A stretch of 64,000 nucleotides of DNA. Origin: an uncultured Candidatus Binatia bacterium (GTDB taxonomy: Bacteria > Desulfobacterota > Binatia > UBA9968 > CAXXLF01). Every line of letters starts with the position of its first letter. Position 1 is the stretch's first letter. Position numbers and translations under genes: made by a program. Location: positions 416,001-480,000 of the forward strand of contig OZ244621.1 in NCBI GenBank assembly GCA_965218425.1, given 5' to 3'. Shown here piece by piece: positions 49,752-60,270 of the stretch. The notes beneath the pieces are model-generated. The model saw only the letters and a program-made list of their open reading frames with translations, was not told the DNA's origin and made no database searches.

Positions 49752-50819
49752 ATGAATATCTGGCAGATTGCCTGTGGTGAGCCGGGACGCGACTATCGAG
49801 ACGTATTCCTTCGTCACGATGTAATGCTAATTGGCCCTGGTTGGCCCGGACGATTCGATGAAAAGATATATCGAAAAGCACTGAATGACGGAGACGTGCA
49901 ACGCGGCCATTTCAACCAGATTCGCTCCTTTAAGGAGAATCCTATGCCAGGCGACCTTGTGCTTCTCCGAATTGGCCATGACGTTATTAGAATCGGAGTT
50001 ATTCCTGAATCAGGCGAAGCTGGTTACGGTTGGAGCGATACCTTCGACGACATCTTGGGCTGGAACTTGGAACACTACCGGCGTGTCATTTGGGGTCAGC
50101 CACGCTCAGCTGCTCTGCTGGAGACTGGGCAGCCGCTCTTTTCCAATTACAAGAAACAGCCCACCTTCACTGGCGTCCACGAGCGTTGAATCACGCGTTT
50201 GGCTAAGGACCTAGCTCGCAGGGTGCCAAAAAGAAGACTTAAGAGGCTCCCTCCGGAGAATAAGGCGATGTCCCTCGAGGATTCTGGAGTACAACTCTTT
50301 CAAGACGGCTTGTCAAATGAATCCGTCAAGAGGGCAATCGATGCAATTGAGAAGACGCGCCGCCTGGGGAGTTGGTACAATGAGACCTCTTTGAGTGGGC
50401 GTGAGCCCTCGGAGCATGAGATCATTGCCCATACCACGGTTCCCTTGATGTTTGCCTTGGGTTGGTCGGAGCAACTGCTTGCTGTGGAGTGGGAGCATAT
50501 TGATCTTGCCTTCTTTGATCATACACCCACGGACCCGAAGCATTGTACGATGATTTGTGAGGCAAAACACCCGTACAAGCCACTTGAGAGCGCGCTGGAA
50601 CAAGCAATACACTATGTTCGGGTAATGGAGCTCAAGAACTGTCGAAAGATCCTGCTAACATCGGGGACTCGACTACTGACCTACCGCCGTCGCGGCAATG
50701 AGTGGCAGCTCAACGGGTATGCTAACTTGATGAAGCTTCGCATGAATCATGCGATTCCCAGGGGAGTCAGTGCCAGCGCAACTTTGATGAACCTAGTTCC
50801 TGCTAGGGTTGGCAGGTGA
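49752..50819 (+). pseudogene. Restriction-endonuclease-like gene (HsdR_N-type C-terminal domain) with one in-frame stop (gene cassette 2)
   Basis: The two ORFs are in frame across TGA at 50187-50189; SEHE..LGW..IDLAFF..ICEAK..ALEQA..Y..LTSG motif. Confidence 0.7.
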
Positions 50820-50902
50820 GCACAACGGCGCTCCCAGAAAAGAATGTCGCAGCTATTTGTTACAACAGGTGGATTGACCCATTATCCAACAGAAAAATGA
50901 GT

Positions 50903-50956
50903 GCGTAACTAACGGCTTGAGGAGACGCCTTGCGCTCCTCAGCCTTCGCGTTAGAC
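50903..50956 (+). other. attC site
   Basis: GCGTAAC taac ggcttgaggag acgccttgcg ctcctcagcc ttcgc GTTAGAC with an extrahelical base in the L box. Confidence 0.85.
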
Positions 50957-51123
50957 CTCCCCAAAAGAAATGCCCTCAGAACGCAATTGAAGGACGCTTC
51001 AATCCAACGTTAAAGCAAAGATTACCTTCCAACCACCATTTGATATAGGAAAAGGGTTAGCGCGTTTGATTGATAGTCAAACGAGCCATGCCAAGGTTAT
51101 GAATTGACACAGCTTTTTACCTT

Positions 51124-51144
51124 CTGTCCGTGAATTGTCCGAGT
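51124..51144. repeat. Arm-site-like motif, copy 2
   Basis: Identical to 48845-48865. Confidence 0.8.
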
Positions 51145-51381
51145 CTTAGGAGCAGTCCTTCCTCCGACAAAAAGCGTATTCGGGACACAACCCAACACCT
51201 CTCAGTTATAGCAAAGATGGAAACCTTACCACCGCTTTGTCATTTGTTATTACCCAAAGGGCGTGGCTATTGTGGTATAATGATGAACGGCCTCACTGGG
51301 GACTCAACCTTAAATCCGAGGTGCAGTTTTTAATGGAGCAAAACCCCAGCTGTGCAATATGTGGTGGCCCAATACAATCTC

Positions 51382-51410
51382 TTGACATGACCTCTTGCAG
51401 CATCTAACAT
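51382..51410 (+). promoter_or_regulatory. Sigma70-type promoter of the Rieske cluster
   Basis: TTGACA-N17-TAACAT, 48 bp before the ATG. Confidence 0.6.
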
Positions 51411-51458
51411 GCCGCTGTTCACGGACTTAGGTGATAAATAAAAGAGAGGGTTTCGCAG

Positions 51459-52742
51459 ATGTTGAGCGCCTCCGAGAACCAGACCCTGTGTCGGGTTGGA
51501 CCGGGCACTCCTATGGGGAACCTCATGCGGCAGTACTGGCTCCTGGTACTGACCTCGGATGACTTGTATCCTGATGGGCCACCCCGGCGCGTTCGTCTTC
51601 TAGGGGAGAACCTTGTGGCCTTCCGTACCGCCTCGGGGAAAGTGGGCCTCATCGATCATGCATGTCCCCATCGTGGCGCGTCGCTCTTTTTTGGCCGCAA
51701 CGAGGAAGAAGGCATCCGCTGCATCTACCACGGGTGGAAGTTCGATGTTACCGGGGCCTGTGTCGAGCAGTCAGGCGAGCCGAAAGAGCGCAATTTCAAG
51801 TCAAAGGTAGCTGCAAAGGCCTACCCCTGTCTCGAGCGCAACGGCATCATCTGGACCTACATGGGGCCGCGCAAGACGCCGCCGCCCTTGCCCAGCGTCG
51901 AAGCCAACCTGCAGCTGGAGCCGCCCAGAGTGGATCGTACCCTCCGTTACTGCAACTGGCTGCAGGCGCTAGAGGGCGATATCGATACGGCACACAGTGA
52001 GTACTTGCATGGCCCGGCCAAGATCGATGTCTCAACGATGACGCCGGGCACCGGCCGCTACTACAACCACCAGCACCGGTTTCGGGACAAGCTGAAATTC
52101 GTCGTCAAGGACACTGAATATGGGGTAAGCTACGGAGCCTACCGGCCGGCGGAGCCAGGCACGACCTATTGGAGGATCGCCCACTTCCTCTTTCCGTGTT
52201 TCACAATGCCGCCGAGTCGCCCAATAGGGTCCTGCCTCACCATGACGATGTGGGTGCCGGCCGACGACGAGCACCTTATCAAGTGGATGTTAACCTTTCC
52301 TGACCGCGCTGACCGCTCTCGCGATTATTATCCAGATTATCTGCCCGACACAACGGATTGGCTGGGCCGTTTTCGTCCTGTCGCGGCGGCTTCGAACGAT
52401 TACCTCATCGATCGTGATAACCAAAAATCAGTCGGGTACTCTGGTATCAAGGGCATCCCTATGCAGGACACGTGCGTGACAGAGAGTATGGAGCCCATTA
52501 TGGACCGTACGAAAGAGCACCTCGGCGTCACCGATACGATGATCATTCGAACGCGGAGAAGGCTGCTCGAAGCGATACGAACCCTAGAAGACCGCGGCGT
52601 GGCACCTGCAGTTGACAAGCCCGAGCTATATGCGACGCGTAGCGGCTCGTGCATCTTACCAAGCGATGTTGACTGGTGGGAGGGTTCGCAGGAGTTGCGG
52701 AGGGGGTTTACCCAGTTACGCGATGAAAGCGTGGGACGCTGA
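51459..52742 (+). CDS. Rieske non-heme iron oxygenase (phthalate 4,5-dioxygenase/LigX-like)
   Basis: CPHRGA..CIYHGW Rieske motif, EGDIDTAHSEYLH, MQD iron ligands. Confidence 0.93.
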   Translation: MLSASENQTLCRVGPGTPMGNLMRQYWLLVLTSDDLYPDGPPRRVRLLGENLVAFRTASGKVGLIDHACPHRGASLFFGRNEEEGIRCIYHGWKFDVTGACVEQSGEPKERNFKSKVAAKAYPCLERNGIIWTYMGPRKTPPPLPSVEANLQLEPPRVDRTLRYCNWLQALEGDIDTAHSEYLHGPAKIDVSTMTPGTGRYYNHQHRFRDKLKFVVKDTEYGVSYGAYRPAEPGTTYWRIAHFLFPCFTMPPSRPIGSCLTMTMWVPADDEHLIKWMLTFPDRADRSRDYYPDYLPDTTDWLGRFRPVAAASNDYLIDRDNQKSVGYSGIKGIPMQDTCVTESMEPIMDRTKEHLGVTDTMIIRTRRRLLEAIRTLEDRGVAPAVDKPELYATRSGSCILPSDVDWWEGSQELRRGFTQLRDESVGR

Positions 52743-52799
52743 ACCTAACTCGAGTTTGATAAGGCTGCCGCTATCCCCAAGAAAAGGAAGCATGAGAAA

Positions 52800-53867
52800 G
52801 TGAAGCCGATCATAGCAGTGTGCAGAAATCTTTATGGCTACGAAGCGAGTGCTCGAGAATATTTACCTGAGTCCTTGCGCGATTTACATGCCAGAAGGCC
52901 GGGACTCTTTCCGGAACCGGATCATCTCCACCACGCCCAGTCATTTGAAGATCTGCGTCGCCGGCAGGCGAGGGCGGAACCCGAAGAGGACCTGGCCTTT
53001 CTTGATAGTACGGATACTGAAACTGTCGTCTTTGTTCTTAATGCCGTGGGGTGTGCCAAAGTCGTCAATACAAATTATGCAATCGTGGCGACTAGAGCAG
53101 TGAACGACTGGGTGCATGACAATTACTTGACATTCAGCCCAAGATTTAAGGCATTGGCTCTGCTTCCCATGCAGCGGCCGGAAGCAGCGGTGGACGAACT
53201 CCGACATGCAGTGATGGACCTCGGAATGCTAGGAGCGGTACTCCCGTCCAACGGGCTAAAGGGTCTCCTAGGCTCTTACGAGTATTGGTCCGTCTACGAG
53301 GCGGCGGACAGGCTGGGATGCTGCTTAGCTATTCGAGGTGCGAACCACGGAGGGCTAGGGTTCGATGATCTCAACGTTTACGCTCCAGCACACGCCTTAG
53401 GGCACCCTTATGGGCTTTTAAACTCGTTCGCAAGCATCCTTTACAATGGCATTTTTGACAGGTATCCACGAGTTAGAATCGGATTTCTGGAAGGAGGAGT
53501 GGCCTGGTTGCTAATGGCCATGGAGCGCTTCGATATGGCGCATAAAGATTACCCGCCCTACGATCTGAGGGGGGAGTTGTTACAATTGAATGGCGAGGAG
53601 AGCGTCAGTGATTACATTCTTCGCCACGTTAGGCAGGGACAACTTTTTTTGAGCTGTTCAGGGAGTGAGCCATTGCTCGCTCAAGGAGTGCGGATTTGCG
53701 GCGTAGAGCCTTTCCTGTACCAGGAGTTTACACACCGTGTCACTGCGGAGGCCACGAAGGAGCTGGCACAGAAAATACTGAACCGAGAAGACTTAACTCC
53801 GGAGGAGAGGGAAACTATCATATACGTGAATCCCAGGAGGTTCTATAACCTGCCTGTGGAGACTTAG
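52800..53867 (+). CDS. Amidohydrolase-fold protein with degenerate metal ligands
   Basis: RAVNDW, ALLPMQ, GIFDRYP..GFLEGGVAW, NPRRFY present; the usual DxDxH, VH and SDFPH motifs are replaced. Confidence 0.8.
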   Translation: MKPIIAVCRNLYGYEASAREYLPESLRDLHARRPGLFPEPDHLHHAQSFEDLRRRQARAEPEEDLAFLDSTDTETVVFVLNAVGCAKVVNTNYAIVATRAVNDWVHDNYLTFSPRFKALALLPMQRPEAAVDELRHAVMDLGMLGAVLPSNGLKGLLGSYEYWSVYEAADRLGCCLAIRGANHGGLGFDDLNVYAPAHALGHPYGLLNSFASILYNGIFDRYPRVRIGFLEGGVAWLLMAMERFDMAHKDYPPYDLRGELLQLNGEESVSDYILRHVRQGQLFLSCSGSEPLLAQGVRICGVEPFLYQEFTHRVTAEATKELAQKILNREDLTPEERETIIYVNPRRFYNLPVET

Positions 53868-53901
53868 CGGAGTTGGCTTCCGCGGCCGAGAGGAAAGAGG
53901 C

Positions 53902-54100
53902 GTGTGGAGCAACGTTCGAAACAGAGGGGGGTTGCTTTTGCCCGTACTGTGGCGGCATTGTTTGGCCAAAGCAGGGGTACTTCTAGCAGCTGTTCTAGCC
54001 CTTGCCCCCACGCCTGTTGATGAGTTCGAACAGGAATGGGAAGCGCTAATCAAGGCGGTCAAGGCTGAGGGAAACCTCGTGGTGCATGCTCTTGCTGTGG
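53902..54100 (+). pseudogene. N-terminal remnant of an ABC solute-binding protein
   Basis: Signal-like stretch followed by EQEWEALIKAVKAEGNLVV, then similarity is lost. Confidence 0.5.
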
Positions 54101-54179
54101 CCCGGAGGAGCCATCGGGAGTCGACGCCTCTGGACTTTGGATCATCCAATCACGAAATCCGTTTATGGGAGGCGAACGA

Positions 54180-55568
54180 ATGCCCTTCGCCGATCTAAGG
54201 GAGTTCCTCGCTTGCTTGGAGAGACACAATGAACTCGTCCACGTAACCCGGCCCGTCGCGCTGGAGTACGAAGTGGGCGCAGTGACTTACAAAGTCGCCC
54301 AGTCTGTGGGACCTGCGCTCATATTCGACAGGCCAGGCGGCGGTGCGGTGCCCCTCGTCGTCGAACTTATTACCAGTCCAACACGCTTCGCCCTAGCTCT
54401 AGAAACCTCTGTAGAAAACATCCACACGGAGTGGATTCGACGCATATCGAGACCGATACCCCCGCGGCGGGTAGGGACGGGCCCATGCAAGGAAAACATC
54501 CACACGGGTGATGATGTCGACGTCCTCAAATTTCCCATCCCTATCTGGAACGAACTGGATGCGGGCCCGTACATCGATCAAGGCGTGCTCGTGACCCAAA
54601 ATCCGGAAACTGGGGTCCGCCGGACGAATATCCCCCGAATCCAAGTGCACGGTGCGCGGCGGTTGGGACTGGGTCTCCAAGGAGAAGCGCTGAGAGGGCA
54701 CCGTCGCAAGTGGGGGACGGAACAACCGTTCCCGGTGGCCATCGCCATTGGGACGGATCCAAGCCTTGTGATGACGGCGATGACCTCGTACCCAGAGCAG
54801 GCCGACGACCTGGCCGTCGCGGGTGCTTTGCGAGGCCAACCGATAGACGTCGTGGCGTGCGAAACCGTCCCCTTGCAGGTGCCGGCCACAGCGGAGATAG
54901 TCATTGAAGGCGAGTGGGACCAGAAAGAGGAGGAGGACGAGGGACCATATGGGGCAATGAGCGGGTATTATAACCTACGGGCTAAGGGACCGGTCGTCCG
55001 AGTGACGGCCATTACCCACCGCAACAACCCCATTCACAACGACCACTACAATGGGCGCGTTTCTGCGGCGTTCATGGCCGTGTCGAAGTTTAGCCGAGAG
55101 ATTGACATTCTGCGGCAGATCTCTCTCCCAGGCGTGAAAAAACTGGTCATAGCCCCTGGTAGCCGGGCCTCTCCCATCTGCATCGTTTCGATCGAGCAGC
55201 GGTACGAAGGGTATGGAAAGACGGTGGGTATGGCCATCCTCGGCACGGAACGCGGCCGCCAGATCAAAACTGTCATTGTTATAGACAGTGATGTCGACCC
55301 CGGCAACTGGACCGATGTGGAGTGGGCGCTGGCCACGCGCATGCAGCCCCACCGTGATGTGGTTATCATCCCAGGGGCCGCTGGCACTGGCCAACATTTC
55401 GATCCATCCCTTTCCGCCGAGGACCGAGCTGTTGGGCGCTCCTCGAAGATGATCATCGACGCGACTAAGTTCAATGCCGCAGACTACCCACCACCGTGTT
55501 TGCCGAAGCCCGATGTGCTGGCAGAGGTCGAGCGCAACTGGGGTAGCTATGGGATCGAACCACAATGA
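54180..55568 (+). CDS. UbiD family (de)carboxylase
   Basis: DLREFL, DAGPYI, VPATAEIVIEG, EGPYG, DVEWALATR, MIIDAT. Confidence 0.93.
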   Translation: MPFADLREFLACLERHNELVHVTRPVALEYEVGAVTYKVAQSVGPALIFDRPGGGAVPLVVELITSPTRFALALETSVENIHTEWIRRISRPIPPRRVGTGPCKENIHTGDDVDVLKFPIPIWNELDAGPYIDQGVLVTQNPETGVRRTNIPRIQVHGARRLGLGLQGEALRGHRRKWGTEQPFPVAIAIGTDPSLVMTAMTSYPEQADDLAVAGALRGQPIDVVACETVPLQVPATAEIVIEGEWDQKEEEDEGPYGAMSGYYNLRAKGPVVRVTAITHRNNPIHNDHYNGRVSAAFMAVSKFSREIDILRQISLPGVKKLVIAPGSRASPICIVSIEQRYEGYGKTVGMAILGTERGRQIKTVIVIDSDVDPGNWTDVEWALATRMQPHRDVVIIPGAAGTGQHFDPSLSAEDRAVGRSSKMIIDATKFNAADYPPPCLPKPDVLAEVERNWGSYGIEPQ

Positions 55569-55829
55569 GCAGCCCTGCCCCCTCAACAAGGTCGTATATT
55601 GCATCCCACCGTCTCTGACAACGGAGGGCACGGTGCTCCGCCATTCGCCGGTGGTACCAGGATCTCCCGAGTTCGAGTTTTTGTGCCGCCGCCGCACTGC
55701 ACCGTGCATTCATCAAAAGGGCTAAACTCGCCTACGACATTAACTGTTCGATCCAACTCTAGACTCGGGACTCGGGATGACATTCCCAAATGCCTCAAAT
55801 TAGCGAGTATCCAATGGATCTGAGCCAGT

Positions 55830-55847
55830 GACCTACTGATTACGAAT
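55830..55847 (-). repeat. Internal att core copy (tRNA-Thr anticodon-arm segment)
   Basis: GACCTACTGATTACGAAT identical to 58381-58398 and 33792-33809; followed by TGGTAGCA direct repeats at about 55954-55973. Confidence 0.85.
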
Positions 55848-56129
55848 TGTCCCGAGGGGCAGACTGAGAAGGAACCAGAAGGAAAAGATAGCTGAAATTT
55901 AAAGAACTACGAAGAATGTTTTCCTGTTCAGTACGGGTCGTTTTGGCTCATTCTGGTAGCAAAAGTGGTAGCACAGATTAACCCGCTGGACCTAGTGGGG
56001 AAACCCCCTGCGATCTACCCTTAGGTCCGCTGCGCTTCTAAGACAGCTCAGAAACAAACTCATTAAATGTCATTTCTAGTTTGGCTCAGAGCCGCTCTGG
56101 GCTTGGGCTTGCTGCTTATTGGATCGCCG

Positions 56130-56204
56130 GGACGCAATTAATGAGCTATTGAATTGCGTCTGGTGCGTTTAGTAGCTTTTTTGAAAGGGAAGCAGTGGCC
56201 GTTA
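56130..56204. repeat. 75 bp direct repeat, copy 2
   Basis: Matches 37241-37315; contains the hairpin GACGCAATT..AATTGCGTC. Confidence 0.9.
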
Positions 56205-56239
56205 TGGATCGCCGTAAGGGACAGAGCCAGTGCTCACCT

Positions 56240-56300
56240 GGTATGACAAGCGGGTCTGTTTCATAGACCTTTTGGATGAACAGTCGGGTCATATGCTTTC
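56240..56300 (-). pseudogene. Possible IS91-family transposase C-terminal remnant
   Basis: RLFIQKVYETDPLV resembles the RLIxKVYExDPLxC motif of IS91-like transposases. Confidence 0.45.
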
Positions 56301-56372
56301 TCTCGACACCCTTTGAATGTTTCTTCACTCGTGCTAGGATTTTAATAGTCTTCGAAGTTCCTCAAAGGATAA

Positions 56373-57150
56373 ATGAGTATCCAACAAACAAACCTAGAGA
56401 ATCATTCTTTAAGGCCGGAGAAAGTAACATTTACCGGAGGGCAAGGTGAGCTCGCTGGTTTTTTCTTTTTACCTCCGGGTAGAGGACCATTTCCTTGTGT
56501 AATAGACAATCACGGTAGTGGCATATCTCCTGGGACAACCGACCTATCACACCCGCAAACAGCAGCATTATTTTTATCTTGGGGTTGTGCTTATTTTTTC
56601 CCACACCGTGCCGGATATGGTGATTCATCAGGGACACCACTCGCAGAAGCAGTTTCTGCCGCGCGGGGTACAACAGAACATGATCATCAGTTGTCTGAAA
56701 GGCTTAAAATGGAGAACCGCGATGTTATTGCAGCGCTTAACTTTGCATCGACACGCGGAGAGATAGATGAAACACGTATTGTAGTTATGGGAAGTTCGCT
56801 GGGCGGAATCCATACTTTGTTAGCGCTCGCCGCGGATACCCGTTGGCAATGTGGAATTGATTTTTCTGGTGGTGCCAGCCAGTGGGCGCAACACCCTAAG
56901 ATAAAAAAAATGCTATTAGATGCGGCAGCTGCCCTAACACAACCTATTTTCTTAATTCAGCCCAAAAACGATTTCAATATTGCGCCAACGAATGAGTTAG
57001 GTGCGTTATTAAAAGAGGGTCGCCATAAATATATAGCAAAAATCTTTCCACCGTGGGGTACAGATGGAATTGGAGGCCCATAGATTTTGTGCTGCAGGAC
57101 AACAAATTTGGGGTCCGGACGTGAAAGAATTTCTTAAGGAATTTATATAG
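56373..57150 (+). pseudogene. Dienelactone hydrolase-like alpha/beta hydrolase, frameshifted near the C-terminus
   Basis: NHGSG, MGSSLGG, KND; one extra base at about 57068-57071 displaces EAHRFC..WGPDVKEFL, which holds the likely catalytic His. Confidence 0.8.
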
Positions 57151-57302
57151 AAATAAACAAATTTGCCCGGCATTTGGTTGAACAAGAAAAGCTGCACTGC
57201 CACCAGAGGAAAGACCTTTCGTAAAACTCACACACATTCCATCTTCAAAAAGAAAAGAATTAGAACGGTAATCAAGTGGTTGATAACACTAGAGATGAGA
57301 GT

Positions 57303-57327
57303 TGGTGGGACCACCTGGATTCGAACC
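57303..57327 (-). repeat. 3' end fragment of a different tRNA (att-like)
   Basis: Minus strand GGTTCGAATCCAGGTGGTCCCACCA: T loop, acceptor 3' strand and CCA, with no 5' half. Confidence 0.75.
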
Positions 57328-57683
57328 GCGACAGCGAGAAAAACAAGGGTAGGCGAAAAGGCTAGCAACTCCGCGTAGGTTGTGGGAAAGCTGGCTATTT
57401 ATGCTGTTGGTCCACCATCCCAAAACGTTCCTCAAAAACCCCATTGATCCCTTTAAAACTAAAATCGTTTCGGTGGAGCTGATCAATGGCCCTGATGCCG
57501 AAGTTATGAGCCGTGGGTTGCGCTGATTAGAACACCGGGTCCAAATGGACAGGACATTCCAAGAGAGAATTGGCACAATACAAGCTGGAATCCGAAAGGG
57601 ACGGAAACCCAGAATAGCAAAAAGGCATGCTTGACCCCGGTCCTTGGATGTCTCAAGGCGGCCCCTTTCTCACCGGCCCTGTA

Positions 57684-57920
57684 CTACCGACTCTTCTTAT
57701 CTCTCAAACAGGCCAAAATCCCTGCTACCATGCCTTTTGCATAGCCCCTAGAATAGTGTTTATCGTCCCACGCAGCCTCAACTAGGGTAGCTCGAATTTG
57801 GTAAGTGGTGTTGTACCCCACCGCATACCCATCCTTGTACCCTGTGTCGTACCGCGAAACCGAATCCTCACACGCAAACAACCCGATGCAGAAACCTAAA
57901 ATCAAAGCCGCTTTCTTCAT
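57684..57920 (-). CDS. Small putative lipoprotein
   Basis: MKKAALILGFCIGLFAC lipobox; GY repeats. Confidence 0.6.
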   Translation of the reverse strand: MKKAALILGFCIGLFACEDSVSRYDTGYKDGYAVGYNTTYQIRATLVEAAWDDKHYSRGYAKGMVAGILACLRDKKSR

Positions 57921-58352
57921 CGCCAAATCCTTGCCAGCTTTTCAAGCACCTGGGCAGTCTCCACGCCAAAGCTAGCAAAGCATGGCCGACGGTTTCTCCT
58001 TTCGGGTAAAGATTAAGCCGAGGTAATGCCAGTGTTAGACCCGTACCACCCACCCTGCGACCTATCAGAACTCTAACAAGTTCTTTCATGGTGAACCTCC
58101 TATTTAGGAAAGTCACCTTCTTGGCCGCCATGGGTGATCGTAGCTGGGTTTTCGCATTAGGGGAACCCAACACCACAAGGGTGTCACCACAAAAAACGTT
58201 ATCTAGGGCCTTCCAAAAAAAATTGGGTAGGGCCGGGCAAACCCAAGGCGGCGACGCTGGCGGGGCTATTGGACCCGGATTAGGGATGCTGACTTATTGG
58301 TGACTTGCCATTTCCTGCTTCCCAAGCATTTTAACCTAACTACCTGAAAACG

Positions 58353-58428
<76 letters not shown>

Positions 58429-58529
58429 TCAAATGAGAAAAACCGACCAGGCTAACGGTTTGTATCATACCAAAGAGAGTCGCATTCCGACAAGCCTTAT
58501 CCAAACACTTTCATAACCAAGCCTGCACG

Positions 58530-59797
58530 TGACCTTGCCCCCTAAAACGAGTCCAGGTGAAATGTTAGGGATTTTGATTTTAGGAAGGAGGCAAGGATGG
58601 CAAGAAAGCGATTTACGGCCGAGCAGATTATCCTCAAGCTGCGTGAGGCGGAGGTGAGCTTGGCCCAAGGGAAGGCGGTGGGCCAGGTGTGCAAGCAGGT
58701 GGGGGTAACCGTGCAGACCTACTACCGGTGGAGGAAGGAATATGGAGGCCTAAAGATGGATCAGGCCAAGAGGCTCAAGGCCTTGGACAAGGAGAATGCG
58801 CGGTTGAAGAAGCTGGTGGCGGATCTATCGCTGGACAACCAGATCCTGAAGGAAGTGTCCTCGGGAAACTTCTAGGCCCGGCGAAGAGGAGACGAGCGGT
58901 GATATGGGCCAGAGAAAGATTGGGACCTGATCGAGTCTCCGAACGCCGGGCTTGCCAAGTGTTGGGACAGCCGCGATCGACGCAACGAAGAGTCCGAGAG
59001 ATCCCGGAAGAGGAAGCAAGACTAGTGGCTCGGATGATGGAGCTGGCCAGCGAATACGGGCGATACGGCTACCGGAGGATTACGGCCATGCTGCGTGGGG
59101 AGGGGTGGAAGGTCAACCACAAGCGAGTGGAGAGGCTCTGGAGGCAGGAAGGGCTGAAAGTCCTCAGCCGTCAGCCTAAGCGAGGGAGGCTCCGGTTGAC
59201 TGATGGCTCCTGCATTCGCCTGAGACCGGCGCATCGAAACCATGTGTGGAGTTATGACTTCGTGCACGAGCGAACCGAAGACGGTCGGGCCTTTCGGCTG
59301 TTGAGCATCCTGGATGAATACACCCGGGAGTGCTTGGCGATTGATGTGGCCAGACGGATGAATCACCGGGATGTGCTGGAACGGTTAGCGGAGCTATTCG
59401 TGGAACGGGGCGTGCCGCAGTCCCTTCGGTCCGACAATGGCCCCGAGTTTACGGCTCAGGCTATCCGGGACTGGCTCAAGGCCATTGGTGTCAGGACACT
59501 CTACATCGAGCCTGGCAGTCCTTGGGAGAATGGCTACGTGGAGAGTTTTAACGGAAAACTCAGGGATGAGCTGCTCAACCGGGAGGTGTTTGAAACCCTG
59601 AGGGAAGCTCAGGTGCTGATCGAAAGATGGAGAAGAGAGTATAACCAGCGGCGGCCTCACAGCGCCCTGGGCTATCGTTCTCCGGCACCGGAGGCCTTTC
59701 TGCCCAGAGCGCAGGCTGGGAATTCATCCCCATGGGCTGGACTCCAGATAATTCCGGCTCTAACTTAAAGGGTGGTACCACTCCTGGGGGCAGGTCA
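58530..59797 (+). mobile_element. IS3-family (IS407-like) element, apparently intact
   Basis: IRs TGACCTTGCCCCC / GGGGGCAGGTCA, 4 bp TSD CACG; orfA 58597-58875, GGGAAAC frameshift site, orfB to 59768 with [23 protein letters not shown]. Confidence 0.95.
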
Positions 59798-60270
59798 CAC
59801 GCGACTCGATAGCCGCACAAACGAAACTGTTTCGAACGGTTTGTATGGGCGGGAATTCTACTGAGTACCGGTCGGCATATCACCGAAACTCTAATTGGTT
59901 TCTGGGTTCAATTGTGTGGCGGATCTGATGTCTTAAATAACGGAGATTTAAGATTATCTCGATCAACAAACGCTACCGGTTTGGTCAGTATACTATGGTC
60001 GTGACACTGAACGGTTGGTGTCTCGCGCTCAAAGACGGGTTAATGTCCCGTTACTATCGGCATTTCGACAATATTCCCCTTAGAGCTTGATTGTGAATAT
60101 TAAAAGCACCCTTCCGACATGGCAATGGGTTCAGCGTGACCCATTCCCTCAATTATGGTTCCGCTGTTTGAAGGTATGCCGTAATACGTAATACGGGACC
60201 TTGCGACTTTCGTTACATCTCTGTTCGATTCCACATTACACGCAATATGCATTGCGTCCCGTTCGGCTCA

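Noticed and set aside
50187..50189. Selenocysteine or readthrough TGA in cassette gene 2
   Set aside because: Not at a Cys-like catalytic position, no SECIS-like hairpin noticed, and a CGA to TGA nonsense change is simpler
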